A program made the position numbers and the translations under genes. From the NCBI GenBank assembly GCA_963802005.1, contig CAWDGX010000001.1, positions 254,421 to 318,420 on the forward strand: a DNA stretch of 64,000 nucleotides. Reading direction: 5' to 3'. Positions 7,174 through 17,294 of this stretch are shown piece by piece. Each line of letters begins with the position of its first letter. Within the stretch, counting starts at the first letter, position 1. The notes under the pieces are model-generated. The model was given only the letters and a program-made list of their open reading frames with translations. It had not been told where the DNA came from and searched no databases. The stretch is from an uncultured Ignavibacteriaceae bacterium (GTDB lineage: Bacteria; Bacteroidota; Ignavibacteria; Ignavibacteriales; Ignavibacteriaceae).

Positions 7174-9861
7174 TTAGACTAAAACTGGTGTTGGTAATAT
7201 TCCAACTCTGATTAATAATTTTGATAGTGCAAGACCATCTAGCATGGTTACATTTTCTCGAAGTTTGTCTACACTTATATTCGGGAAACTCTCTCTTGTA
7301 ATAATAAAAACTTTGTCTTGCGTCGAGCCGGATGACTCTGATAAAATATTTTCTATTGTTTTTTTATCGATCTTACTCTCAACAAAAACCCGGGCATTGA
7401 GGAAAAAGGATCTATTATTTCTTTGTGATTTACCTACAATATTAAATGAGTTTGAATTAGGCAATTCTAGAATATCAACTTCAGAAAATCCGAGTACAGC
7501 AAAAAGCCGGGAAAGAATTTTTCTAAAAGCATCAATAGTTATCTTTTTCAAAATTGCTTGAACAGCTTCAGGAGTTTGCTCATTTTTAGATTCGGTGCTA
7601 ACTGGCATTTCGAATACCCGTAGCCATTCATCTACTAAAATTAAATCTTCATATAACTTTGGCTGCATCAATTCAAAAACATTTTTATTCAAAAGATCAG
7701 TTTGCAGTAGAAGTTCCCTGATCCTTTGATCCAAAATTCCACTTGAATAATAATTACATAGATTTATGCTCTCCTTCTGCGGACTCCCTTCTTCATTAAC
7801 AAAAATATCTTCAATCTCCCAATTTGGTATCGGGCTCCACCATTGATCAAACTTTATCACGTAAGGTATATTGAAATCTGAGAATTTCAACTTGGAAATT
7901 TTAGCATCAGAAACAAATGCAACAATATCAGTCTGCGATTGGAACATTGAAATAGCTTTTTGCATATCCTCAGCAGAGAGTGATTTCGGAGCAAGAATAT
8001 GTTTTATCCCATAATTATTAAGTAATTCAGCAATTTTTTTGATGCCGAGTTTTTCATATTGTGATAGAACAAGAACTTTTTTGCCATTTTCTTTTATCAT
8101 CGATAATTGACGAATTAGTAAATCTGACTTAGGGCTTTTTGATTTTCCTGAAGCGAAGTTTGCTATCTGATTGAGCTTGTGATAGATTGTAAAAATATTC
8201 GCGTAAAATCTTAAAGGATTACCAGACTCAAGAACCCTTCTCAAATCTTTTTTACATTCAACCAGAGCAGTTTTGAATTCTGCAAGTTGATATTCATCAG
8301 TGTCACACCAAAATTCATTAAATAGAATTTTGGGTAGAGATTCTGCAATCGTTTGTTTGCTTCGTAACTGTAGCTTTTCAATTTTAACAGAAGAATTGAG
8401 TAAGGAATTTAATTCCTGATAGAGATTTCTGTCCAAAATATTCGAAGTAGCCCATAGAATTTTTGGATGAATTGCAGATAAAAATTCTTCTCTTATTTCA
8501 TTCTTTAGTAGAAGTTTATCTACTGAATCAAGGATAATACAATCAAACTTAACCAGGTTTTTATCTTCAAGTATTTTCAATCGGTAGTCATCTAATGCAG
8601 TATCAATATTTGCAATTACAATTGGTTTAGACTTATTCCACAATTCAGCCCTTTCATCATTATTCCCCTGAATAATGTGCAGTGAGAGTTCCGGACAATA
8701 CTTCTTAATCTTATCGCTCCAGCCTATTTCAATGTTTAGATGTTTTGCAAACTTCGGATTTCCTATACTCGTATCATCAGTTATAATCAACGCTGATTTG
8801 ACAACCCTGTTAGTAAATAACAATTTCAAAGCTGCAATTGCTTCTTTCTGAACATCTATTCCAAATTCATCTTGCAATAATGCAAAGTTATTCTCAACTA
8901 AAAACTTTGCACTCGCCTCCTCATACGGTTTTAATTTAGTTATATATTTGCCTGATTTTTCCCAATCAACTCTTCTTAGGTTGCTAAGTATATATCCCAA
9001 TTGCTCGCGTATGTATGAAGGGACATTTGGATCTTCTGATTTTTGTTTTGTTCCGGGTGAGCGGTAAAATAAAATGGAATCTGGTTTTGAAATGTTAAAG
9101 TTAGCGTACCACGTTTTAACCTTTGTAAGTTGGAATATTGAACTTTCAGAAACTGTTGGCTGAGTAAAAGGTGATAACGAAATCCTTTGTTCATTAAGTT
9201 TAAACACGCCAATTGACGGAACTTTTATTCGGAATATTTTTTTCGGCTCAGGCAAGACCGGTAAACTATTCTTTTCAACTTTCGTCTTTCTAAATTTATC
9301 TAATCCTATATTTTGTACTTTTACTTTCTTGGAAGAAGAAACCAAATCTTCAAAGTCCAACAGGTCTATATTAAAAATTTCCGGAACTAAATTACTCAGG
9401 TAATTAAATGTTGTGGGCACCTCAATTTTACAATCATAATTTAGCGGGGGTTTAATATTGAATTGTACTTTCCCCTTTTTTATAGCTGGATTATTAAGTA
9501 AAAATCTAACCTTTTTACTGGAGAAGCTTTTTGGTTTAAGTTCAACTTCTGAATAAATAACTCCTCTTTCAGTAGGAAGAGCAATCATAAAAAATACGGC
9601 ATTGCTCCTGATTTTTTTGAATTCACAATTCTTTAGTTCATCTGTGACATCCGGTTCTATCAGATCGAATTTGTACTCAAAAAATTCCGGGGGGACAAAT
9701 TCAAGCTGGACTTCTTCCAGATTTGCCAGGTAAGAAGTTATTTGTTCAATAGGATGGTGGTGCTGAGCCGGCTTTTTTAACCAGTTAGAAAAGTTAAAAT
9801 CTTCTGCCTCCTTAATCTTCGAAATTTTTGAGGCAACTTTGCTACGAACATTTTGAATCAT
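7174..9861 (-). CDS. SNF2-fold helicase-like protein with degenerate ATPase motifs and a C-terminal Mrr-like (restriction endonuclease fold) domain
   Basis: 895-aa intact ORF. By eye, the central region follows SNF2 N-lobe/C-lobe order: LQDEFGIDVQKEAIAAL, CIILDSVDKLL, ILWATSN, KVLVLSQYEK, YVIKFDQWWSP. The C-terminus (FRKILSRLFAVLGFSEVD...VFIITRESF...VTMLDGLALSKLLIRVGI) follows the Mrr_cat layout. The N-terminal ~300 aa have no recognisable domain. Confidence 0.6.
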   Translation of the reverse strand: MIQNVRSKVASKISKIKEAEDFNFSNWLKKPAQHHHPIEQITSYLANLEEVQLEFVPPEFFEYKFDLIEPDVTDELKNCEFKKIRSNAVFFMIALPTERGVIYSEVELKPKSFSSKKVRFLLNNPAIKKGKVQFNIKPPLNYDCKIEVPTTFNYLSNLVPEIFNIDLLDFEDLVSSSKKVKVQNIGLDKFRKTKVEKNSLPVLPEPKKIFRIKVPSIGVFKLNEQRISLSPFTQPTVSESSIFQLTKVKTWYANFNISKPDSILFYRSPGTKQKSEDPNVPSYIREQLGYILSNLRRVDWEKSGKYITKLKPYEEASAKFLVENNFALLQDEFGIDVQKEAIAALKLLFTNRVVKSALIITDDTSIGNPKFAKHLNIEIGWSDKIKKYCPELSLHIIQGNNDERAELWNKSKPIVIANIDTALDDYRLKILEDKNLVKFDCIILDSVDKLLLKNEIREEFLSAIHPKILWATSNILDRNLYQELNSLLNSSVKIEKLQLRSKQTIAESLPKILFNEFWCDTDEYQLAEFKTALVECKKDLRRVLESGNPLRFYANIFTIYHKLNQIANFASGKSKSPKSDLLIRQLSMIKENGKKVLVLSQYEKLGIKKIAELLNNYGIKHILAPKSLSAEDMQKAISMFQSQTDIVAFVSDAKISKLKFSDFNIPYVIKFDQWWSPIPNWEIEDIFVNEEGSPQKESINLCNYYSSGILDQRIRELLLQTDLLNKNVFELMQPKLYEDLILVDEWLRVFEMPVSTESKNEQTPEAVQAILKKITIDAFRKILSRLFAVLGFSEVDILELPNSNSFNIVGKSQRNNRSFFLNARVFVESKIDKKTIENILSESSGSTQDKVFIITRESFPNISVDKLRENVTMLDGLALSKLLIRVGILPTPVLV

Positions 9862-9866
9862 TTATT

Positions 9867-10400
9867 TTAGTCAGTTGACTTTTGTTGCTGCACCTGCTCG
9901 CACGCAAGTTTCAATCTTTCAAATGGTTCAAGCAGATTTCTATGTTCAGCTAATTTGTTTAGTTGATCTTTGATCGGAGCCAATTCAGTCTCGAATTTTT
10001 TAGAAGTTTCAATCATCATTTTTCCTCCGCCTGCTGTCGGGAATGCTATTGCTTCGGCTTTCGTACTTGCACGAGATTTTCCATCAGCTTCATTAAAAAC
10101 TCTGACTACTCTTATACCCTGTTTGTTGTTAGCTCCAAGAAAGAACGGATCTTTAACAATTATTAAATCTATATGTTCATTTATAGCAGCTAAAAGCGGA
10201 ACAGAAATTAATTCGACTAATATATGCTCAAGCAGGACATCTCCGTAAAGTGTTTTTTGAAATCCTGTCGGCTTAATAGGAGAAGTTACCCTAAACTCAA
10301 GTGGTTTAGTTTCTTCATCAGTCACGAGAATAGCACCGATTATTCCACCACTTTCTTCTGATGTATAAGTTTCCAAAAATGCAATCTTTGCAATTTCCAT
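9867..10400 (-). CDS. hypothetical protein, operon partner of the SNF2/Mrr-like gene
   Basis: 177-aa ORF with GGAG 7 nt upstream of the ATG. Its stop lies 5 bp before the start of the 895-aa gene. It has a strand-rich N-terminal part (GGIIGAILVTDEETKPLEFRVTSPIKP) and a helical C-terminal tail. I recognise no family. Confidence 0.6.
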   Translation of the reverse strand: MEIAKIAFLETYTSEESGGIIGAILVTDEETKPLEFRVTSPIKPTGFQKTLYGDVLLEHILVELISVPLLAAINEHIDLIIVKDPFFLGANNKQGIRVVRVFNEADGKSRASTKAEAIAFPTAGGGKMMIETSKKFETELAPIKDQLNKLAEHRNLLEPFERLKLACEQVQQQKSTD

Positions 10401-10784
10401 TATTAAACTCCAAAATGATTAGTAAATGAACTCAACCGGCCTTATTTAACATATTCAGTGCCACTTTTGACGGCAAAATCCAAACAATTGCTCTTAAGAA
10501 CTTACTGCATTATATGAGTTAAAATCACTGAATTATTTGAAGTGGAATATCAAAAAATGATTAGAAAAATGAGTTTTAAGAAAGGCAGATATTAAATTGA
10601 GTAAGATATATGTAGCATCTACTTAAAATTTTCGAATTTACATAGGTTTGATGAAGTAAAAATTCAAAATTTCCATGTAAATCTTTTACATATAAATTGG
10701 GAGAATATTGGTAAAATTTACCTTAATCGTAATAAATAAATTCAATACAAATTGATTATGATAGTCATGAAATTTGAATTTTGT

Positions 10785-12429
10785 CTATGATAATTTCATG
10801 CCCGGGAAAGTAACAACAACAGTAGTTCCTTGTCCATCAAAACTGATAACTTCAAACTTCCCTTTGTTGAGATCTATATACTTTTTTGTTAGCAAAAATC
10901 CCAAACCAGAACCTGGTTCCCTATCAGTCCCCTGCGTAGAAAACATAACTTCAGATTTAATTAAAACCTGATTCTCATCAGAAATTCCAGTTCCTTCATC
11001 AGTCACACTTATCTGAATTGCAGGAGCATTGGTTCTACTATCAATTGATTCTTCAGCAAGAATGTTGATTGTGCTTTGAGGTTCTGAAAATTTTAAGGCG
11101 TTTGAAATTATATTTCTGAATATAGTGACCAACATATCATCATCGGCAACAAGGTAATAATTTTGCTTCAAATCAACTCTGATTGAAATATTTTTTTTGT
11201 TGATTCTATACTTTAGTGAATCAATTGCTTCGTTTATTACTTCATTGATTAATATTTTTTTTGGAATGTAATCGTATTTATTCAGTTGCAGCTTGGAATA
11301 GTGAAGCAGATTGTTTGTCATTTCAAAAAGTGTATTGGACGAATCATTAATAACATTGATATATTCTTTAATATCTCTGTGGGTCAAATTTTCAAAATCG
11401 GTTCTTAAAATTTCAGCAAATCCAAGCAATGAATTAAAAGGAGATCTCAGGTCGTGTGATATTAATGAAAACAATCTGTCTTTAGATGTGTTCATCTCTT
11501 TCAGTTTGACAATCATCTCTTTACGTTCTTCTTCAACAATTTTTCGTTCTATTGCTCTTGAAATAGGGTATGATATTACATCGAGTATTTGTTGATGAGC
11601 AGGTGTATATGTGCTCGGATCTTCATAATCCTGAACAACCAAAACACCGATAGTTTTTTCTTTTATTTTTAAAGGTACACCAAGCCAAATTGGTGATTGT
11701 GGCCCAATCAATTCAATTTCACCTTTTTTTCTAAGGTCCTCGTCTTTCAGTAAGTCAACCAAAGCAGATTTACCAGTTCTCAAGTACATACTCAGTGAGC
11801 CCTTTGCCGAGTTTCTTTGATGATGAATCATGATCAACTTCATCTACAAAATATGGAAAAGTAAGCAAATCAGAGTCCCGCTTATAATAAGCAACATAGA
11901 AATTATCTGCCTTCATCAATTTTTTTATGCAGGTGTGGATAAACCGAAATAACTCACTTAAATTTTTCTCGGAGTTAGCAGCTTCCAGAATGTCTAAAAT
12001 TATTTGTTTTAATTTTCCCTCACGTAATATTTCACCAACATCGCGAAGCAAACCCATTCTTTTAGTCTTTAAATTATTCGTATCAAACAAAGTGATAGAA
12101 TTATCCTCGATCCATTTATGCTCACCATTTTTAGTTTCAATTTGGTAAACTGTTAATTTTTCTTCGATCTGAGGACCATCAGTTTTTCCATTCAAAGGAT
12201 ATTTTGTTTTGTACTCTTCGTGTTGGCTAATAATTAATTTTTCAAATTTTAACTCATTTAATTCATTGATGTTATAGCCGAACAATTTGCTAACACTTGG
12301 AGTAATGAACTTATAGTTCTGAGTATTACAATCGAAATCATAAAATACTTGATCAGAATTTGCCTGAGGCATAATTGCAGCTACTGTATTGGTGTTATCT
12401 ACCGAAATTTTTGTTTCTATCTCGTTCAA
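10785..12429 (-). CDS. sensor histidine kinase (PAS-GAF-HisKA-HATPase_c), frame broken at ~11781
   Basis: ORFs 11770..12429 (PAS plus the start of GAF) and 10785..11843 (rest of GAF, H-box FSLISHDLRSPFNSL, ATPase G-boxes DEGTGI/GSGLGF) join as ...GLTEYVL|RTGKSALV... if one base near 11781 is removed. Confidence 0.8.
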
Positions 12430-12564
12430 TGTGTAATTATTCTTATTATGAAATTAGAGTGCGAAAAGTTCAATTTTTATGCCGATAACTAAAGTTTTAA
12501 TCAACTGTAGAATCTAATACGAGATTTTCTTCAGTGTAATTTTACATTAAGTTGAATTAAGTTA

Positions 12565-12593
12565 TTGACATTCAAGTGAACCATAGCTATTTT
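12565..12593 (+). promoter_or_regulatory. candidate sigma70-like promoter upstream of feoA
   Basis: TTGACA (12565-12570), 17 nt, then TATTTT (12588-12593), about 43 bp upstream of the feoA ATG. This is a pattern match only. Confidence 0.3.
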
Positions 12594-12635
12594 TATGTAG
12601 ATTAAATCTTAATAATTTGTAAAGTGACAAGATAA

Positions 12636-12857
12636 ATGAGAACTGCTGCAGAATTAAAGTTTAAAGAAAGTGGAATTATCTCAGAAATAGATGTTTCTCA
12701 CCCTTCAAGCAAAAGAATTATTGAACATGGTTTTACTCCCGGTCAGATTGTCGAGTTAGTTAGTCAGTCACTTTTTAATGATCCAATTGCAGTATCAATC
12801 AGGGGAACTATTATAGCATTAAGGAAAAGTGAAGCTGTTTGCATTAAGCTGAAATGA
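12636..12857 (+). CDS. feoA: ferrous iron transport protein A
   Basis: 73-aa ORF with a FeoA/SH3-like domain (GFTPGQIVELV...PIAVSIRGTIIALRKSEA). It overlaps the feoB start by 4 bp. Confidence 0.85.
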   Translation: MRTAAELKFKESGIISEIDVSHPSSKRIIEHGFTPGQIVELVSQSLFNDPIAVSIRGTIIALRKSEAVCIKLK

Positions 12858-14890
12858 GAACTGACACATCTCTAAAGGTCCCTCTCATAACTTTGGTTGG
12901 ACCTCCCAACTCAGGAAAAACTACCTTATTTAATACCTTAAGCGGAAAAAATTACAAGACTGCCAACTACCCTGGTTCAACAGTAGAATACTATACAAGT
13001 CGATTCCTTTCTAAATATAATCTTTCTGCGGAGTTATTAGATTCTCCAGGAATAGTTAGCCTTTTGCCTGAATCAATTGACGAAAAAATATCAGTTGAAT
13101 CATTGTATTCCCATCCAAGTTTAGGCACTCCCGATTTACTCATTAGTACCGTCGATTCATGTCAGCTATCAAGACACCTGCTACTTCCGAAACAATTAAT
13201 TAATTCCGGATTTAATGTCATACTCGTTGTAACAATGAATGATATTCTTGCCAAGCGTGGGTTAAAGGTTTCTGAGAGTAAATTAAGCAAAGAACTTAAC
13301 TGCGATGTTGTAGTTATAAATGGAAGAACAAAACAAGGTATTGAAAAATTAATAGAAGCAATAAACTTAAACCTTTCAAGGATCAATGAGGCTGGTAAAA
13401 AAAGTATTGTCCCCTACTCTTATCTCCATGATAAAAAAGATTTGGTAAACACATTCAAAGAGATTGAAGAGATTGTAAATGATGTATATGAACCATTGGC
13501 CAGCAAAGAAAAGATTAATTTAAGCACGGCGAATAATGAATTAAAAATTCTTGAGACAGAGATTTCTAATAATGGGTTTTCTTCCGATGAAATTACTTTA
13601 AAGATTGATAGCGTTCTGCTTCATAGATTTTGGGGATTTCTGATTTTTCTTATTGTAATGGGAATCACTTTCACAAGTATTTTCTGGCTGGCTCAACCAC
13701 TGATGAATATTGTTGATAATTTATTCGCAAATCTTAATTCACTTGTTATTAATAATTTTGATCCCGGATGGTTCACTTTTTTAGTTTCAGATGGAATTAT
13801 TTCGGGCACAGGCTCCGTTCTCGTTTTTGTTCCACAAATACTAATATTGTTTCTTATACTTGGCTTGTTGGAAGACTCAGGTTACCTTGCACGTGGAGCA
13901 ATGTTGATTGATAAACCTTTATCAAAAATAGGATTAAATGGCAGATCTTTCGTACCTATGCTATCAGGATTTGCCTGTGCAATTCCTGCAATGATTGCAG
14001 CACGGACAATTCCTAATCGAAGAGAAAGATTATTTACTATTTTCATCATTCCACTGATGAGTTGTAGTGCAAGGCTTCCTGTCTATGCACTCTTGATTGC
14101 ATATTTAATTCCGCATGAAAAAGCGTGGATGGGCGGAATAATATTGGGGGGAATTTATTTGTTTAGCATGATAAGTTCAATTGTTATAGCAGGAGTAATG
14201 AATAAATTCACAAAAAAATTGTTCAAGGCAGATGACTCTTCAACATTTATTCTTGAATTACCATCCTATAGAATTCCAAAATTAAGTTCAGTAATAACTA
14301 ACACTTACAATAATTCTAAACAATATATTTTAAGAGCAGGTCCAATCATCCTGGGATTTTCGCTTATACTTTGGTTCTTAACTTTTTTCCCAAATACTAA
14401 TCCTGAAATTGAGAAAGCCGGGTTGACGACTGAACAAACTCAAAATCTTGAACGTGCAGAAAGACTCGAACATTCCTATGCTTCTGATCTGGGAAAAATA
14501 ATTCAGCCACTAATGTCACCTATTGGAATGGATTGGAGAATTGGTGTCTCTCTTATTTCGGCATTTGCAGCACGTGAGGTATTTGTTTCTTCCCTGGCTT
14601 TAACATTTAAAGTCACCTCAGAAGATGGTGAAGACCAAAGTACGTTGCTTAACTCGCTCAGAAATGCCAGGATTGAATCTACCGGAGAAAAGCTTTTTAC
14701 TGTCGCCACATCGGTGGGTCTCATTGTTTTCTTTATGTTTGCACTCCAATGTCTTTCAACAGTTGCAGTTTCAAAAAAAGAAACCGGAGGATGGAAAATT
14801 CCAATATTACAGGTATTAATATTCACCTCATTAGCCTATGTAATGACTTTTATAACAGTGAACGGACTTAGATTTTTAGGGATACAATGA
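12854..14890 (+). CDS. feoB: ferrous iron transport protein B
   Basis: 678-aa ORF with an N-terminal G-domain (LVGPPNSGKTTLFNTLSG, DSPG, TMND) followed by a polytopic membrane domain. Confidence 0.92.
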   Translation: MRTDTSLKVPLITLVGPPNSGKTTLFNTLSGKNYKTANYPGSTVEYYTSRFLSKYNLSAELLDSPGIVSLLPESIDEKISVESLYSHPSLGTPDLLISTVDSCQLSRHLLLPKQLINSGFNVILVVTMNDILAKRGLKVSESKLSKELNCDVVVINGRTKQGIEKLIEAINLNLSRINEAGKKSIVPYSYLHDKKDLVNTFKEIEEIVNDVYEPLASKEKINLSTANNELKILETEISNNGFSSDEITLKIDSVLLHRFWGFLIFLIVMGITFTSIFWLAQPLMNIVDNLFANLNSLVINNFDPGWFTFLVSDGIISGTGSVLVFVPQILILFLILGLLEDSGYLARGAMLIDKPLSKIGLNGRSFVPMLSGFACAIPAMIAARTIPNRRERLFTIFIIPLMSCSARLPVYALLIAYLIPHEKAWMGGIILGGIYLFSMISSIVIAGVMNKFTKKLFKADDSSTFILELPSYRIPKLSSVITNTYNNSKQYILRAGPIILGFSLILWFLTFFPNTNPEIEKAGLTTEQTQNLERAERLEHSYASDLGKIIQPLMSPIGMDWRIGVSLISAFAAREVFVSSLALTFKVTSEDGEDQSTLLNSLRNARIESTGEKLFTVATSVGLIVFFMFALQCLSTVAVSKKETGGWKIPILQVLIFTSLAYVMTFITVNGLRFLGIQ

Positions 14891-14978
14891 AATATTTAAT
14901 TACTTAGTAAAAATCTTTATTTTGTTATCGAACAGATTACTATCATATTTAATATAAGATTATAAGATTCATATAAAA

Positions 14979-15434
14979 GTGAAAAACAAACAAGCCGAAG
15001 AAATATTCAGAAGTTTTCTTAAATCAGGTAAGAACAGAATTACTCCCGAAAGATTTGAAGTGTTGGAAGCAGCACTCGATTATGATGGTCACTTTAATGC
15101 TGATGATCTTTATGTTTTAATGAAAAATTCCAATTCGAGAGTATCCAGAGCTACAGTTTATAAAACGCTGGAACTCCTCGCACAATGTGATTTACTATCA
15201 AAAAGAAATTTTGGTGACAACACCAATCGTTTTGAAAGCAGCTTTAAAAAACAGGTTCACGATCATCTCATTTGTGTTGATTGCGGTAAGATCATTGAAT
15301 TTGCGGATCCAAGAATCAAGCAGCTCCCTGAAAAAATAAGTGAAGATTTAGGATTTAATTTTGAAAGCTATTCATTCAATATTTTTGGGCGATGTAAAGA
15401 TCCTAAAAAGTGTAAACATTCCAGAGAAAAATGA
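14979..15434 (+). CDS. fur: Fur-family transcriptional regulator (GTG start)
   Basis: 151-aa ORF with a winged-helix region (RITPERFEVLEAAL...SRATVYKTLELL) and metal-site motifs HDHLICVDCGKIIEF. Confidence 0.85.
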   Translation: MKNKQAEEIFRSFLKSGKNRITPERFEVLEAALDYDGHFNADDLYVLMKNSNSRVSRATVYKTLELLAQCDLLSKRNFGDNTNRFESSFKKQVHDHLICVDCGKIIEFADPRIKQLPEKISEDLGFNFESYSFNIFGRCKDPKKCKHSREK

Positions 15435-16141
15435 CAGAACATAAATACCCGTTACATTGGAAGAAAAAAGATTTTTCAATAAAAATTTTCTGTTCTATTC
15501 CTAACATTGCAACCGGAATATTACTGAAGGCAGGAAATTCATATTTCATTATTGATCCTGGTGATGGAATACTAAGAGATCTAAACAAAGAGATTGGAGT
15601 AAAAAATCTCCTGGAAATCTCTGACGTTTTCGTAACTCATGGTCATCACGATCACGTTGGAGGTGTTTGGTCACTACTTACTTATCTGCGAGTAATGCTA
15701 AAAAAATCTCCGCTTACAATTCATTACCCGGAAGGTTGTGTTGAGATTGAAAGTATTTATAATGCATTCAAGAAAGTTTACTCACGTACTATTACTTATA
15801 AGATTAATTTGAAAGTCATTAAAAAGACAAGTAGTTTTTCTTCAGGTAATATTACCGTCAAACCATTTCCTGTTATTCATAAAGAAAATTTATCAACAGG
15901 TATAACACGAAGGGTGCCGGCATTGGGATATAATTTTGTGTATAACGGTAAAACGATTTGTTATGGCGGCGACACGGCATATTGTGAAGAGTTAGTTAAT
16001 CATGCTCGAAATGCTGATTTGGCAATTCTCGAAGCAGGACATGATGAGGAAACTCCGGATGAAATGCATATGACAATGAAGGAAGCTATTACTATAGGAA
16101 AATCAGCAAAAAAATATTTTCTAGTTCACGTTCCCGAATAA
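15431..16141 (+). CDS. MBL-fold metallo-hydrolase
   Basis: 236-aa ORF with the motif THGHHDHVGG. Its start overlaps the fur stop (ATGA). Confidence 0.8.
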   Translation: MTEHKYPLHWKKKDFSIKIFCSIPNIATGILLKAGNSYFIIDPGDGILRDLNKEIGVKNLLEISDVFVTHGHHDHVGGVWSLLTYLRVMLKKSPLTIHYPEGCVEIESIYNAFKKVYSRTITYKINLKVIKKTSSFSSGNITVKPFPVIHKENLSTGITRRVPALGYNFVYNGKTICYGGDTAYCEELVNHARNADLAILEAGHDEETPDEMHMTMKEAITIGKSAKKYFLVHVPE

Positions 16142-16155
16142 AAAATTGGATTCAA

Positions 16156-17205
16156 ATGAATAAAACTATCATATCTCTAAACCTAATCGCAATTTTAACT
16201 TTGTTATCAAATTCATCTTTCCCTCAAAAAGATGACTATAAATTTGAAGGAGAAAATCATTTAATCAATATCAGAATGCTTACCGAAGGAGGCGAAAATG
16301 CAGAAGCATATCTTTCTTTTGATGAGAAAGAATTAATTTATCAGGCAACCTTTGGTGAACTAAAGTGCGACCAGATATTCACAATGAATATTGATGGAAG
16401 TGATAAGAAATTAGTATCTACCGGGAATGGAAGAACAACTTGTGCATATTTTTTACCCGGTGATGAAAAAATTATTTATTCATCAACTCACCTGGCTGAC
16501 GTAGATTGCCCTGCTCCTCCAGACAGAGCCAAAGGATATGTCTGGCAACTTTATGATTCATTCAATATTTTCTCTGCAAATGCTGACGGTACTGATGTAA
16601 CTCAACTAACTTTTTCAGAGAAGTATGATGCTGAAGCAACAGTTTCTCCTCAAGGAAATAAAATAGTTTTCACTTCTACAAGAGATGGTGATCCTGAAAT
16701 TTATGTAATGGATATAGATGGCTCAAATCAAACACGATTAACATTTCAAAAAGGTTATGACGGTGGTGCATTCTTCTCACAGGACGGAAAGAAAATAGTT
16801 TTTCGAGCAAGCAGACCTAAAACAGAAGAAGAATTAGCTGATTACGAGGAGTTGGCAAATAATGGATTATTCCGACCTTCAATTCTGGAAATTTATACGA
16901 TGAACTCAGATGGATCGGATATCAAACAAATTACAAATTTTGGTAAGGCAAGCTTCGCTCCGTTTTTTCATCCAGATGGAAAGAAAATTATTTTTTCATC
17001 AAACGTGAATAGCGAGAACGGTAGAAACTTTGATCTCTACTTGATAAATGTTGATGGAACCGGTTTTGAGCAAGTTACTTTTAATGAAACGTTTGATGGT
17101 TTTCCAATGTTTACAAAAGACGGCAAACAACTTGTCTTCTGCTCGAACAGATTCAATAAGACAAAAGGTGATACCAACGTTTTCATTGCGGATTGGACTG
17201 ATTGA
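16156..17205 (+). CDS. secreted PD40/TolB-like beta-propeller repeat protein
   Basis: 349-aa ORF with a signal peptide and repeated WD40-like 'PD40' units (SPQGNKIVFTSTRDGDPEIYVMDIDGSNQTRLT, FSQDGKKIVF, FHPDGKKIIFSSN, FTKDGKQLVFCSNR). Confidence 0.75.
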   Translation: MNKTIISLNLIAILTLLSNSSFPQKDDYKFEGENHLINIRMLTEGGENAEAYLSFDEKELIYQATFGELKCDQIFTMNIDGSDKKLVSTGNGRTTCAYFLPGDEKIIYSSTHLADVDCPAPPDRAKGYVWQLYDSFNIFSANADGTDVTQLTFSEKYDAEATVSPQGNKIVFTSTRDGDPEIYVMDIDGSNQTRLTFQKGYDGGAFFSQDGKKIVFRASRPKTEEELADYEELANNGLFRPSILEIYTMNSDGSDIKQITNFGKASFAPFFHPDGKKIIFSSNVNSENGRNFDLYLINVDGTGFEQVTFNETFDGFPMFTKDGKQLVFCSNRFNKTKGDTNVFIADWTD

Positions 17206-17294
17206 TAAAATATCATAAGAATAATTCCAGATACTGGATTATTAATGAAGGCATTAATTTTTTAGAATAATTCACTCAAAGGGAGAAACAAAAG

